From: Raillietiella orientalis
Lineage: Eukaryota
Length of the DNA: 64,000 bases
Assembly: GCA_036172245.1 (NCBI GenBank)
Contig: JAYWIR010000018.1
Location: forward strand, 2,852,001 to 2,916,000
Direction of reading: 5' to 3'
Made by a program: the position numbers and the translations under genes. Positions 11,831 through 25,000 of this stretch are shown piece after piece (position 1 is the first letter of the stretch; each line of letters opens with the position of its first letter). The notes beneath the pieces were generated by a model. It saw only the letters and a list, made by a program, of their open reading frames with translations. It ran no database searches and was not told where the DNA came from.

Positions 11831-14800
11831 TGCTTGATGCTTGGCTGATGTGCTCCACCCTTGCTTCCCTGGTGGGGAGGGTCGCCAATGAGAAGGATGC
11901 TTGGGGGAGCAAGGAGGAGCAGCATGTCAAGTGCACGGGGAGTGAATGGCCCCTGCTCTTGTTTTAAGGATGGAAGATAGCAGCGAACGAGTCGAGGGGG
12001 AGGGTGGCCACGGCCTGGAGTGGGACCGGAAACAGGGGTAAATGGGGGAGCGCGTGCGACCTGTCCCGCTCGAGGGAGGTCTTTACTGCACCTCCGGATA
12101 CCCTTCCTGCTCCTCTCTCCCCCGTACCCCCCCCTGCTCTCGAGGACGCCAACCGAAGGCGACGCAAAGCGCTGGGTGCCCTTCGGGCACCTCGGCACAG
12201 ACTAGGCTGTCCGAAACCTCCGCGTCTTCTCCAGAAGCACCCGTTCCCTTACGCCCGCTACCGGAGCGCGGCGGTTATCATCCGGACCAGCGGGCGACCG
12301 GTGCGGGTGGGATGGGCAGAGGTCCGAAGAAAGGGAAGGGAAGTGCGTGAACGCGACGGTGCCAGTGCGCCATGGTCCCCACATGAGCGGTCGCTCACTC
12401 TTCGACCCCCGCGTTCTCCTCGTCCCCTCTGAAGGGCTGGGCCGCTCCTTGGCTGCTTGGCGCTTCGCCATGCAAGGTTCGTGCTGCGGAAGCCGCGCGT
12501 CGCAGGAAAATTGCTCGGAGGCTCTGCCGCACGCGAACCGGGAATACCTGGGAGCACCTTCGGCGGCACGAAATTCTGATGCAACCTCCGTCTTCGTAGC
12601 TCTCAACTTCCGCGTTTGCCACCTTGGTGGATGACGCCACCTCCCAGCGTAGGAGTCTCTCCGGAGACTTCTCGGAGGAAAAAAAAGCACGGCAGACCAT
12701 TCCTCCTTCTCTCGAGGGGGTCACTAGAGGTCATCGGAGCCCTTGCGGGAGCGAGATGACTCTCCGGAACACCCTGAAGAAGCATTCCCTTACCTCTTTG
12801 CTAAGGCACCCGCCGAAGGAAGGTGGCGCACGCAGAGGGAAAGCGAGGAGGAAGTCACGAGCGTGCCGAAGTTGAGTTCCCAAATTCCCGCCAGTATCAG
12901 CGGAGGAAGGGGTGACGAATCCAGGACCGGCGTGGCCGGGGGAGCTCATCCGACACTTCGGGAGTGAGTGCTGAGCTCTTCCTGAAGGGAAACCTTGGGT
13001 GAGTCCGACCCGGGAAGCGGTCAGGTCTTGCGGGAAGGAACGAGGGGGCATTTCCGCAGCTTCTCGGAGCAGCAGTCTCCAATCCGGGATAGCTTCCCAC
13101 TCGTGGGGGAGCCGGTCTCACCTCGTCCGTCTTTTCGAAGAGGGAGCTGGTCGGCAGGACGAAACCGACGGTGAGGGACCTCCCGGGGCGACAGAAGAGG
13201 GAAGCAACGAAGGGGGTAGAGGAATCGGTGGTTGCGAGGGAAACCCGTCAGGCCAGCTTGCGTCCAGACTGAGAGGTGCGGATCTTGCGGGAAGACGAGC
13301 GCGAGCGAAACCTGAGTTCCAAGCGGCCACCAGGACGTCACGTGACGACGAGAGCGGGCACAAGGCGGAGCGTTTCCGAAGGCCTGCCAGGAACAGACGC
13401 TTCGCTAGGAAGGGGAGAAGTAGGAAAAGGAGGAAGGGGTGGAGGAGAAATGCAGGAGGAGAATCAGTCATCTCTAAGAGAAGACCATCCTGTGCCACAG
13501 TTCTGTTTGCCTACCCCACCAGCAGGACGAGCACTTGAAAAACTTAAAAGGGTGGAGTGGCGATCAGGAGCAGCTTAGATGAATACGGAAGGTGAACAAT
13601 GGGAAACCTCATGAAGGACACAGGAAGGATGCGCCAGGGCCTCGCTCTAACGTCCACTTCAGGGATAACTGTCTTGACAACGAGGCAGGTGGGGTGCACT
13701 ACCGAGGCTCGGAGTGGAAGAGAACTGGGACGTCAGCACACGGAAAGGCGCCGCGAGTCGGCGTCATCATTCGGGACGTTCGGGCGGACAAAGGAAGCGG
13801 AGCGCTCGCCCACTCGCGAACTTCCGCCTGCACGTGGCCCTCGGTGCTGCTTGCTAATGAGGAACTGCCCGCTGACGCAGAAGCGGTCGCATCCGCGCGA
13901 GTGCCCTTCGGCGGCGGTTTCGTCCCGCAGACCGACCACTGGTCCTTCGACACATTAATAAGGGGGTGAAGACCCAACCGCGGAGAACCAGGAGTGGGAT
14001 CTTGTTTGATTCGTGGAGGAAGATGTCCCGCGTCATCTCGCAACCTCTGGGACGGCTGCAGCATCATCCTGGCGATAGCAACTTTCGTTCTTTCAATCCC
14101 CTCCTTCTCCTCCATTCCCGTTCCGTTCCTCCTCCTGCTCTGCTCTTCCCGCCGTCTCAGCGACCCCCTTTGACTCGGCGTTTTTCCCTCCGCATGGCCG
14201 TCCGTTACAGGAGGCTGCTGGCAGTTACAGGTGGCATTTGCCACGGACTGCTAATGCAGAGAATAACGAACAGGGTTGCCAGCTGCCACCAGGCGCCTGC
14301 CTTCAGCTTCCTGCCTTTCCGAATTCCGCGGGACCGAGCGGACGCAGGAGCCAGTTCTCTCCGTTCTTTGCATCGCTCTCGTGCAGCACGCAAGGGGAAC
14401 CGAGCTCCGTCGCTTCCTTCAAGCCGGTGCTGGGGTCCACGTCCAATGAAGACTCCTTTCTTCTGCTTCGCATTCCGACAGACCCGCAGACCCTTCCTCG
14501 ACGATATGTGGCGGGAGGAAATCGGAAGTGCCGGCTCCGGGTTTCTCAGCACGTCCGTACGGCGCGCCCGGAGCCCTGGCGCGTAAGTCATCCGCGGGGC
14601 GTTCCCCACGGGGGGAAGACCGAAGGAGGGAAGCGGTCAGCGAGTCGAAAGGGAAATGTTTGCCCACGTGGGTAAAATGGAGAGCTCCTTTCTACGAACC
14701 GAATCTCCCCGGGGAATGCAGAGTAAAGGCGGAGTTCCTATCTCGCCAGGAAGAGGTAGACCACACACACCGCGACCAGACGCCGGTGTATTCGAAGACG

Positions 14801-17800
14801 ATGGCCACGGGGGAGAAGAGCAGTCTGCTTGAGGAGGCTGGCCGAGGGGCGGCTCAAGGAAGACGGCGGAAAACAACCTCAACCTTTTGGAAGAAGAAAG
14901 GCGAAAGCAGCTGCAACCGAGGGAGCAATCAATTAAGCCGAGTGGAAGGACCTTCTCCGAGCTGTCCCTCTGCCGAAGAAGGGAGCCGGGCACGTGGTCT
15001 GAACCGGGGGATGCAACTAGGCAAGCTCTGGTAGGCAAGCCATTGGCAAGCATGCCTGGATGGCACTCCCATCCAGGAAACTCGAAGGAGGCATTAACTC
15101 GCTCTACCATCAGCCTCATTGTGCGAAGTCGCAAACGCTTCTTTCCCGCCGTTCCGGGCCAGTGAAACGGAGAGGCAGAGGCATTTCATTTGTTTTCGCT
15201 TGATGGATGGGGAGGAAAGGAGGGGTAGGAAGGGGAGAAAATGTTTATTTCTTTGCTCACTCTCTTCGATTATCGGTCAGAAACCGCATCTCCTCCTCCT
15301 CTTTTCTCTGGCTTCGCTCTGATGACGAGCTCCGCGGGAGAACCGGGAATCCGGGAGCGCCCTGCAGGAACCTTTCGCTGCCTTCATCCCCGTCGCGAGT
15401 GCAGGAGGCTCCCGCCTCCACCGAAAACCTGGCGTCTTTCCCCGCACCTCCAGAGGAGCCCGCGGCTGCCCCCGCGCCCTGTCCACGTCCTCTTTGCTGA
15501 CGCTCCGCCCAAGTTCGTCGTGACGGACCTGGCGCAACTTTTCATCGCGCCCCCGCAGACCTCTCCCTGCCCCCGCCGCCCTTTGGTCCCTCCACACCTC
15601 GTTGTTTCCTGATGCCGCCTCCGCGCGCACTCGCGTGCATTCCCGTGGGCGGCGACGGAGTTTCGCCCTGCCCGAGCGTGTCGCCACAGCAGCCCCTTCC
15701 CTCCTCGCTGACCTCCGCGCTCCGGTGCGCTCCCGGAGTTCCGACTCTTCCCTCGGAGTCTCTCGAGTCCAGAGCCCCTTGCTCGTGCGCAGCCTCATCA
15801 GAAAGCCGTCCGGAAGGGGACCGGCGCTCCTGGCGTCGCTTCCTTGACTAAAGGCCGCCGGGACGGCCTGCACCTCTACGGGGAAAGGGGACCAGGTCCC
15901 CGCTCATGCCCGGGGAAGAGCGAGGGAGGGGTCCGTCTGCTGCCTGATCGCAGCCCCTGCGCGGGCATCCCGTCGAGCGCACACGCACGCGGCGGTGGCT
16001 GCGGTTCGCCGCCCGGTCATATCTCAGGGACGGACCCGGGGACGGCGCCTTTCCGCTCGGCGGTGTGGCTGCCGCCTACCGCTCTTCCCCCGTCGGCCGC
16101 CGCACGCTTGTCGGAGAGCCGCTCACGACGGAGTCCCCACGCACCCAGCGCGCCTCTCTCCGGCGCGCGCGCGCGCAACTGACCGCTCCAAACCGTTCGC
16201 CGCCCGCCCTAAGTCCGCAGTGCAGCGGGAAGTGCGCTGCTGTTTCGGTTCCCGCGGCTGCCATTGTCCGCCGGCGGCGCGTTTGCCTTTCTAGAAGGCG
16301 AGGGGTTGTCTCTGCGCCCCTGTCATGCCCGGCCGAGTGTCTGGTGACCCTCAGCGCGAAGGACGGGAGAGTTCCCATGGCGACGGCCTTTCCGGGAAGC
16401 GTCTCGAGACCGGGTGGCCGATGCTTATGCACCGTTCCAAGCCGAGCGTTCTCCGATTCGAGGTCGCCTCCGCCTCCGGGAGGTATCTCGGGAAATATGG
16501 GGTCGATCCGCGCGCAAACGCGGCCGACCCCATGCAGTGGCCGGAGGGCTCGGAGTGTCCCTTCCCCCGCTTCCCCACTGCGGTGAAAGGGGCCCTGCAA
16601 GACTGTGCTGGGCGGGAGGCGGACGAGGATTTCGGACGTTGCCTTGGGACCGGAGCGACCAGGAAAAGCGAAAAAGGTTGCCGGAGAAGGCCGGCCGCCT
16701 CTAAGGAAGCGGCGAACGCGTCTTCGTCCCCGTGGCTGCGGCACCCCTGGGGTGCTGGCTGTCCCGTCCCCTCTGTTCGACCCGGGTCTGATCAGTGGTT
16801 TCCGAGGCGACGAGGGTGGGAGGAGGGTAGCGTCATCTGTTCTCTACCTCGACCGACTCCCTGGATGGGCGTCGGTTGCCACCACCGCCGGGATGTGGTA
16901 GCGCGGCTGAGTACCTGTCCTTGCGCCTCAACCGGCTCTCCTTGGATCGATTGCAGCGCTGCTCCTGGAGTAGAGGATCTTCGCACGCTCGGGGCGCGCG
17001 TTCCTACACAGCCCCGAAAGGGGTGGGCGGGCGGGGAACCGCGCCCGACCTTCGCGCGGAGGCGAGAGCGGCCGCTCTCGCTACCGCAGCGCGTGCATCG
17101 CGCGCGGCGGCTGACGGGTGGAGAGAGGCAGGCGGCGGCCGGTTGTTTGCTTCGTTTGCCGCCGCCCGGGCCGCGCGCTCGCGTCGCTGCCTCGAGCGAG
17201 AGGAGGGGTCGATGAGGTCGCCAGCAGCAGCGTCGTCGTCTCGCCCGCAGAGTCTGGTCGGTCCGCCGCCTGCCGCACGCTGTTGCCTCGGCTGCAGTCG
17301 CGCAACAACCGAGCCGGGACCCCATCGTTCGACTCGTGCGTCGCCGTGTTCACACTCACGCACCCCCTCCCTGCGGAAACCCTTCCTTCGTTTGTCCCCC
17401 AGCACCCTCCCCTTCCCTCTCCGTCCATCTCTCCCCGTGTTCCTCCGGCAGCGCCCGGTCGCCCTTCCTGCCCTTCGTGGTCCCATCGCCGTGGTCCCCT
17501 GCTCGATCTCGTACTGCTCTTCCGGAGAAGAGGGCGGAGACGACCCCCACCGGAGCCCCTGCTCTCCACGTGCAGTAGCGCCGCCAGGCATACGGTAGGC
17601 TTCGCTGATCCCTGGGTTCGACCGCTCGCAGGCACTCCTAGGAGGACCCTGCGCGGCTCCTCCCGGGTAGCTGGCAGGCGGCTCCCGCCTCTTATCCATG
17701 TGGTAGCGGCCATCCGATCGCCCTCTTTCGCCTGAGGCGTGTGAAGGGGAGGAGAGAGCAGCGCGCCGCTCTGCGTGTTTCGTCGGCGTGTATTTTTCTC

Positions 17801-19696
17801 CCCCCCGGGGCGTGCGAAGACGGTTTGTCGAAGTCACGTGTCCACGCGTAAGCGGCACTCGGTGGGGTGGGAGCGGGGCTAGCAGAGACTTGTGGAGGAT
17901 GGAGGACGGAGTCGCGGCACCCTTTGCAAAGCATCTCGAGTGCACGCGCGCCCCTAGCGGCCTCCTGAAGCATCAAGCAGAGCTCCCTATCCACGTCTTC
18001 CGAGCTCGCGAGGTGCTCTCCCGCCGACAGAGATGTGCACGCCAGTGCACGGCGTCGCACCTCCCCGGTTCCCGGACGGTTCGGAAAGGTCGGGACGCCG
18101 TCCGGGAGCGGTCAGGCAACGCATGTGGCGCTAACTTGCGAAGATCCACGCGACCATCGGAGGGCCATCTGTTGGGGCAGCAGACGCCAACTGGCACCGT
18201 CCCACGCGCGAGCGATCGGAAGGAAGCAAGGAGCCGTTGAGGCCCCCGGTAGCTGCGGCAGGAAGCGATCCCTCTGAAGTAAAGGAAACGATGAGGAGGA
18301 ATTTCTCGACAGCTTTGTCTGCAGCCCGCGAGAGGGGAGCTCTGCCTTCGAGAGACAAATTGGCGCGTGCCGTGGCTCTCCTCCGCTGCTCACATGGCTA
18401 CGCAACTGGGGAAGGACCTTTTTCGCTTCCGTCCACGTGGATGCCTGCCCGCGGGATGCCGCAGCCAAAGCGAGGGCGTTTGCGACGCCCTGCTACAGGT
18501 GTTGCCTTCTTCAGCTCATCCTTTTTCGGCACCTTCCCAGTTCGAAAGCGCCAAGGTCGAAGGGGATGGGGTGGTGGTGGTGGTGGAAGCAAACGCGGGC
18601 ACGGGGGAAAGGTGCTGTCTCGATTTCCTCGGCTCGTTTTTCCGCCGTCGCTCTTGTGGGGCATCCCTCAGGCTCGGTTCGTCGGCATGAGAGGAAGGAG
18701 CGGCGGCGCCTCTCGGCGGCTGAGAGGGCAACCGCATCGCAGAGCTTCGAGAATGTGCACTGTGACCAGGGAAAGCGAGGAAAAGCAGGGAGAAGGGGGA
18801 AGTGAGGGAGAAAGGGACGGCGAGTTGTCACTCACGTTCATCCTGGGCGTGCCCACCGATCCGTACGGGGAAGCCCCGCTCGAGGTCGGCCGCTCCAAGG
18901 CTACTCGTCCACACGGCGCGAAGGTGGCGACAGCGCCGCTGCGGCGGAAGTGAGATCAAAAGGAAGCGCGTCTGAAAGCGTCTCCTGGAGGGCGTTCCAG
19001 AGCGACGGAGGCGTGCTCGGGGGGCCTCCGGGAAGAAGCCGCGGGCCGTCCCAGACCTGCCCCGGACGGTACCGATGCCGGGACAGGCTGCCGGAGGAGA
19101 GTCTCCCGAAGCAACGCTGACAAAGCACACCGGGCTGCGCGCAGGGAGAAGCGGGTTCTGCTTCCCGAAAGGAAGGTGCATGCGCGGCTCTCCTATCTTC
19201 CTCCATCACAGAAGGACTGGTCGGAGGTCCCGGCAGCGAGCGGGCGGGGCCGGATGCATCTCGGGGAAGTGTCATGGGGGGTGGAGGTGAGCTGGGAACC
19301 GCTAGGGGACCGCATCGGGGACATTTGGTTTAGCCTTCGACCCCTTCCTCCCCGCCATGCCGCTGCACGTCGGGGTATCAAAGGACTCCTGGATGGCTGA
19401 TCCGCGCTGGCCGCCCCGGTGTGCTCCGCACGCGATCTCCTTCCTCGTCCGTGGAGGGGAATTGCGGTCCAGTGCGGACGCCTTTCGTTGGCTGCTTTCC
19501 GAGTCGCGCAGAGCGCCGTAGCCATGGCGTCCCTCCCCCTCCTTCGTGTCCCCTCGGTCTGTGGTTAGCCGAAGCACCTGGGGGTACTGTTTCGGGTTCG
19601 CGATCGACCCAGCACCCCAGTGCGATCGTGGGAACTCCACGAAGCACCGTGCTGCCGTGCCTTAAAGGGCGTCTTGTAGTTTCGCGTGTGCTGCAG

Positions 19697-19750
19697 GCAG
19701 CGCCACCTCTTCGCAGTCTATAAATAGACGCGGTCGAAGCATCACATTCC
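19697..19750 (+). promoter_or_regulatory. Candidate core promoter (TATA box with adjacent CTCF-like motif) for the FRRS1-like gene
   Basis: TATAAATA at 19719-19726 in GC-rich context, an Inr-like CATTC about 25 nt downstream, and CAGCGCCACCTCT just upstream. It lies 2 kb before coding exon 1, which begins with a splice acceptor. No transcript evidence. Confidence 0.25.
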
Positions 19751-21709
19751 AAGTTCTCGGGAGGCGAGGTGTCTGCGGACTTTCCCGCGTGCCTCCAGGA
19801 TTCCTGTGCGGCTGCCAGAATCGCGGGTTCCGGCCAGCCAACCGGATGCGGACCGGATGAGCGCGTTTGCATCACACCGGTGCCATGCGATGCTGGCTCG
19901 CGATCGCGGAAGGGTGCGGGCGGGGCTGCTCCGCGAAAGTCCTCGGCACTCCGGCCTCGTGCGTCTACGGGAGGAAGGGAGACTCCCGCGTCCCGAGCCG
20001 CTCTCGGGAGCGGCTCCGACGACCGACGCGCGCACGGCCTCTCCAAGCGCGGCTGCGGTGGCGCTTCTCTCTCCCTCACGGCGACGAGGTTGCCTCCCCC
20101 GCCCCCCTCCCGCAGCAGGCTTCCCGCTTCCGGCGTCCGTGCCGTCGCCCGCTCACGGCGTGGTGGACAAGTGGAACGCCCGGCCGAGCCGGAGATGATC
20201 TCAGCGTGTGCTGCGGGTCCTCCGTGCTGTTTCTACTCGATTTGTTGGGGATGCTCTTTTTTTCCACCGGGTCTAGCTTCCTTCCCTCCCTTCGGGGTCT
20301 CGCGTTTCTGAGGGAACGGACCGACCTTCGCGGGGAACCTTGCCTTTTCCGCCTTTCGAGAGGTCGCAAGCTTCGGCGCATAAGAACACGCCCGCTCCTC
20401 CCTTGTGTGGCACCTAACGACTGGGTGCTTGCGCTTGGCGCAGAAAGTGGGGGCTGCCTGCCCGTACTCAAGGATTCTCCCAGCTTCCCGCTGGTCAGCG
20501 GAGCGCCTGCCCTGCAGAGTGACGGGAGAAAGTCATTCATCCTTAATGCGAACCCATCACTACTTTCAGTGAACCCATGTTTTTTTTTTTGAGGCAGCCG
20601 TGCAAGAAGGCGGTCACTTTGTTGCCGCTGCCCTCCATGTGGACTGCCGGCGTGTCGTTGCTACGGATCCTATCGAGGCAGGAGCGGTTCCTGTCCTCCA
20701 GAATTCCATGTTGCCAAAGAAGAGCTGCCTACTTTTTTTTGACCCATTCCCGTCCCCACAATCTCCTTGGTTTCTTGATCTCCCTATCTGAGTTCCCGAA
20801 GGCACCGGGAGTTTCTGGAATCTCTTCCTCACCCAGTTTGCCGGCGGGGCTGGCGAGGGCTAATCTGATGTCTGAGGGCCTTCTGATGACGACCCCCGAC
20901 CCCGACCGCGTACGGAGACTTCCCGGGGCTGCTCGCCTGGAATCGTCGTGCGACACGCAGCAGGAAGCCCGAGAAAGAAGTTCTGGGTTCTCTCTGCGGC
21001 GGAAGCACCCTCTTGCTGGCCATCCAGAGGGAAGACCGTTCCTTAGCAGCCAGAGGATGCGGCTTTCTCGGAGGCCCGCGGATGGATATGTATGCGGAAC
21101 TTCCTCGAGGGATTTCGCTGCTGATTGGTTAGCTGGAGAACCTGACAGGAGTTTCTCCTATCCCGGCGCGACGGGTCAGATCGGCCACGGGCCAGCTCCA
21201 GGATGAGTTCTCTAAATCCTGCGGGCACCGCGTCTGCCCATTCGTTTCATTTGCGCTCCCCCGCGAGCTGCGAGAACGCTCCGCGAGCTGAGGGTGTTTC
21301 ACGAAGCGTCCGCCACCGACGCGATCGGGTGCCGCGCGGAGGGGCGCGTCTGGGTCATCCGAAGGAGGATCGAGGGAGAAGAGAGGAAAGTGGATGGAGA
21401 AGATAGCCGGGAACGGGAGCGACAGTGACGGGTCGACTTCCTCCCCGAGTTCCGGTGCGAGTGGCGGCGCCTGGGGGAGGACTGTCGATGCACAAAGCGT
21501 CGTCGGAAAAGCACCCCTGGGGCCATTCCTTACAGTGCCACGTGCTCCACCCTCGCGAAAGTGCACTCGGAGGAGAGGAACGGCTGCGGAAGAACGCCTT
21601 GGACCCAGTGGGCCTCAGATCGCAGGCTCCGCGGTCCCACACGCCGCCAGTCGAGACTTCCATCGCAACCAGACTGTGTCCCTTTCAGGTCCTGACCGCT
21701 CGAGGCGAG

Positions 21710-22021
21710 ATGTTCCTCTTGCTGTCAGCGGTTCTATGCTTGGCTGCTAAGATCGCCGCTTACTCGTCTGGCGCCCCCGAACTGGCATGCGTTTCCATGG
21801 TTCCCAACCACGGGCCGGATCCCCAGCAAAGCTCCCCCCCCTATAGGATCATGGTAGATCGCTCAGACATAGAACCAGACGAAAAGCTGACAGTTACTCT
21901 TCTTGGAGACGTCGATTTCAAAGGATTCCTCTTGCAAGCCAGGAGACTCCCTGACAACAATTCCACGGGAATGTTTCTGAGTGCAAAGCACATCAGTGTG
22001 TCCTGCTATCCCGGCATCAAC
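21710..22021 (+). CDS. FRRS1: FRRS1-like coding exon 1: signal peptide and N-terminal Reeler domain
   Basis: Acceptor cctttcag ends at 21688, implying an upstream non-coding exon. ATG at 21710; MFLLLSAVLCLAAKIAAYSSGAPELAC...FKGFLLQAR...CYPGIN; donor GTAAGT at 22022. Confidence 0.93.
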
Positions 22022-25000
22022 GTAAGTACAACGATGAGGTCGTAGTGAGATGGGAGGGGGGGATAGGCGTAGTGTCCGCGGTCCCTTTCTGAGTTTGGAT
22101 CTGTCCTAGAGCCTTCGAGGAGCTGACCTCGTGTTCAGGTCGCGGGCAAAGTCTCCCTTCGTGTTGCCTTCTTCCCGTTCTGAGCGCTCGATATGCAAGA
22201 ATTCCAGATGATCTGGCAGAGGAGGGCGGGGTCTCGGAACTCTTGAGGGAGGGCGCTCCGTCGGACGTGGTCTTCAGGGCGCAGAGACGTAACTCGGGTA
22301 CGAATTTTCGGGTGACCTGGTCGCTCGCGATACCCAGGTCGGTCCAGATGGGAAACTTTCCGCCGGCAAGAGTTTCAGTTTCTTCGACGGCATGGCCATG
22401 GTGCGATCGTTCTTTTTGCGATCTCGGAGTGGTCCGTCGCTGAAAAGAGTTCTTTCCGCGCCGTCCTGCTCAGCGCTATCACGTGGAGCGGAGCCAGGGG
22501 CAATTCTTTTCCACGACTTCGGCCCTCTCGGATGAAAGGAAGGAGGAGTGCAGCGCACTTCGTCTTCCGGGATGGAGGAGTGGGAAGGCGGCTGCCTCCG
22601 CGCGCTGTTCCGCAGGATTCGCTCCAATGCCATCGCGCGGATCGCACGGTCGCGTGGGCTTTGTGGGAAGCGCCTGCGACCGCGTAGGGCGGGCGTCGTC
22701 GTGCCCCTGAGCTACAGCAGGACGGCTCCGAGCGCAAGGGTGAGGCGGAGGAAAAAGTCGAATAGACGGAAGGAGGGCGCTGGCGTTGCTTTTCGTTTTT
22801 GTTTTTCCGCACGCACGCGGTGGAGGGTTTTTTCCCGTGTGCGCGTTCTCCCGCGGTCCGCTGCCGACGGCGGCGAGCAGGCGCTGCCCTGACGTCAGAG
22901 CACCTGTTTCGGCCTCGCTTCTGGATGTGAGACCAGTCCAGGAAGACTACGGGTTACGGTGCATTCCTAAATTCAAAAGCCCGAGATGTGGAAGACATCC
23001 AGCGCCTACTAGCGGTCGGCGGAAGCGTATGGTTTGAATTTTGTCCGCTGAAGAGTCTCCGAAAGCACCCGATTCACTTCCGCCGCCATGGATTCGTTAT
23101 TTTTATTTTATTTTTTTTATTGTGACCTCTGTTCAGGTCAACAGAAACGAAATATTCCAAAAGGCAGCGGTTCTTTACATCGAGAATTCTTTTTCTTGCC
23201 ATACAGCCAGCATTGCGATGGCTGCTCAGCCCTTCAGGTGGTGGTCGGCAGCTATCCCGCATCCTACACGACCGAAGGACCCGCGCCAGGACAATTTCCG
23301 ACCAAGCGCGCACAGACCTGCACGGTCGAGTCTCCAGAAGAAGACCATCAGCCTTTGTAGCCACGCGAGCGGCGGCGGAATGCCGCCAAGCTGGACTCGT
23401 CGCGGTAGCGGAAAAAAAACAGTGCCGAGCTCAAGGATACGGGTTTGAATGCCGGCGATATCCTCGTCCGCCTTCGTTCTTCCCCCTTCGACCGGGAAAG
23501 GTCGTTTTGGTCGTACATCGCTCCTCTAGCACCGAGGGATGCAACAGCGAAGTCTTTCCCGTAATTATCCTGGAAGCTTCCGTGTCGTTATGGAAACCAC
23601 TGGCACCGTTTCCTGTTTGCGGAGAGAACCGAAATTTGTGAACCCCTGGTCGCTCAGGAGCGGAGCTGCAGAACATCCTGGATGACTTTGCCAACACATC
23701 CCGTGCGTCAGCTGTTCGTTTATGCTCAGCGCTCCTGCTTCTGAGGCGCGTAGGAACGTCCATCCTCGTAACTGGAGCGTTCGGGATCGCGAACGATTCC
23801 AGATGTTCCCGGCGCACTGGGTCCTGGCTCGGGGCAGCTGATGCCCGCGCGGATCGTTTGCCACTTTCCACGGGATGGCGGCCCCGCCCCTTGACCGACG
23901 AGCGCAGCCTTGTTGTTCGCCCATCAGAGTGCGCAGAGCGCCCACTCGTCAAGGGTTGGACAGAAAGGGAAATTTCACGATTCCGTTGCTGAGTAACCTG
24001 CCAAAATCTCTTTCTCTGCCTGAGGTCGGCATTTCCCTTTGTTGCTCCCTGGATCCAGCAGTACAGGGAGCGTCCCATACTTACGAACGTGAGCCGGGCA
24101 CTTGGCAGCGTGCGCGACACGAGGAAAGCCCGGATTCCATCGGCGTCCTTGACGACGCTCTCGTTAAACTCGGTTTCCCGTGGTTACCAGGAATCTTCCG
24201 GTCCAAACCTCTTCGCGTGCTCGAAGAGGCCAATCGAAGCTATGCGGGGCGCGCTCTCGTTCGCCCCGGGGGTGAATAGTGGTCAGATCCGAGGTCAGTT
24301 CGCCCACATCTCTCCGTATCAGTCCTCTTCGCGCAAAGGGCCCGTCGCCGTTGCGCCCGAGATGGCTGAACGCGCAGCCAGCGTCGCGGGCCGCTCGCGG
24401 GCTAGCCACCGACCCACGCCCGTTGCCTGCCCGCGAGCGCTGCCGCCGACGCCCCTTCTCACTCTCTCTTGTGATTCCAGAACACGCTCACGCATCCGAA
24501 CTCCCTGCCGAAACGAGAGGTGAAGGCGGAATGGAACTCTGTAGCCGGAAACGAGACCGTCCTGTTCAGGTAACGGAAGTTTCGCAGCGCCACCGCCTGC
24601 CCTGCTCTGGGCGCGCACGAAGGAACCCTCGTTTCGCCGGCGTCGCTCAGGGGTGCCAGGCGACCTGTGCGCTGGGAGCGCTGCATGCGGAGGTCGTTTG
24701 CGACCGACGCACTCTTGCGCGAGCATGGGTGGATGGGCTGGTTGCACGGGTGTACGGGTCGCGCTCTTTCTGTGCAGAGCAGGTGCACGGGCGAGGAAAG
24801 CGGGCTGCAGCGGCAGGGGGCGTGCGACAGTCGCCGATGCGACCGGAGCTGAGGCGAGGCGGCCGCTGCGGTCGGTCTGCCGGCCTGCCGAACGGAAGGG
24901 GCAGATGGACTCCAGAAGGAAGAAGGGAGGGGGCAGCTGATCGGCGGAGGAGGCAATGTCCGGTTTGCGAAGCGTTTTTTTTTTCACTCGCTAGACGCCC

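Noticed and set aside
11489..11848. Acidic poly-Asp ORF and hydrophobic Phe/Leu ORFs at 7.2-7.7 kb
   Set aside because: These are translations of (GAT)n and (CTT)n simple repeats.
22090..22330. Alternative candidates for Reeler exon 2 (…DLVFR, …DVVFRA…VTWS)
   Set aside because: They lack the conserved TH motif and good splice signals; 24481-24569 fits motif and phase exactly.
23040..23075. CTGAAGAG-tctc-CGAAA resembling a minimal hammerhead ribozyme core
   Set aside because: No compatible stem I/III or NUH cleavage site could be paired. The CTGATGA at about 58442 fails similarly (GAAG instead of GAAA).
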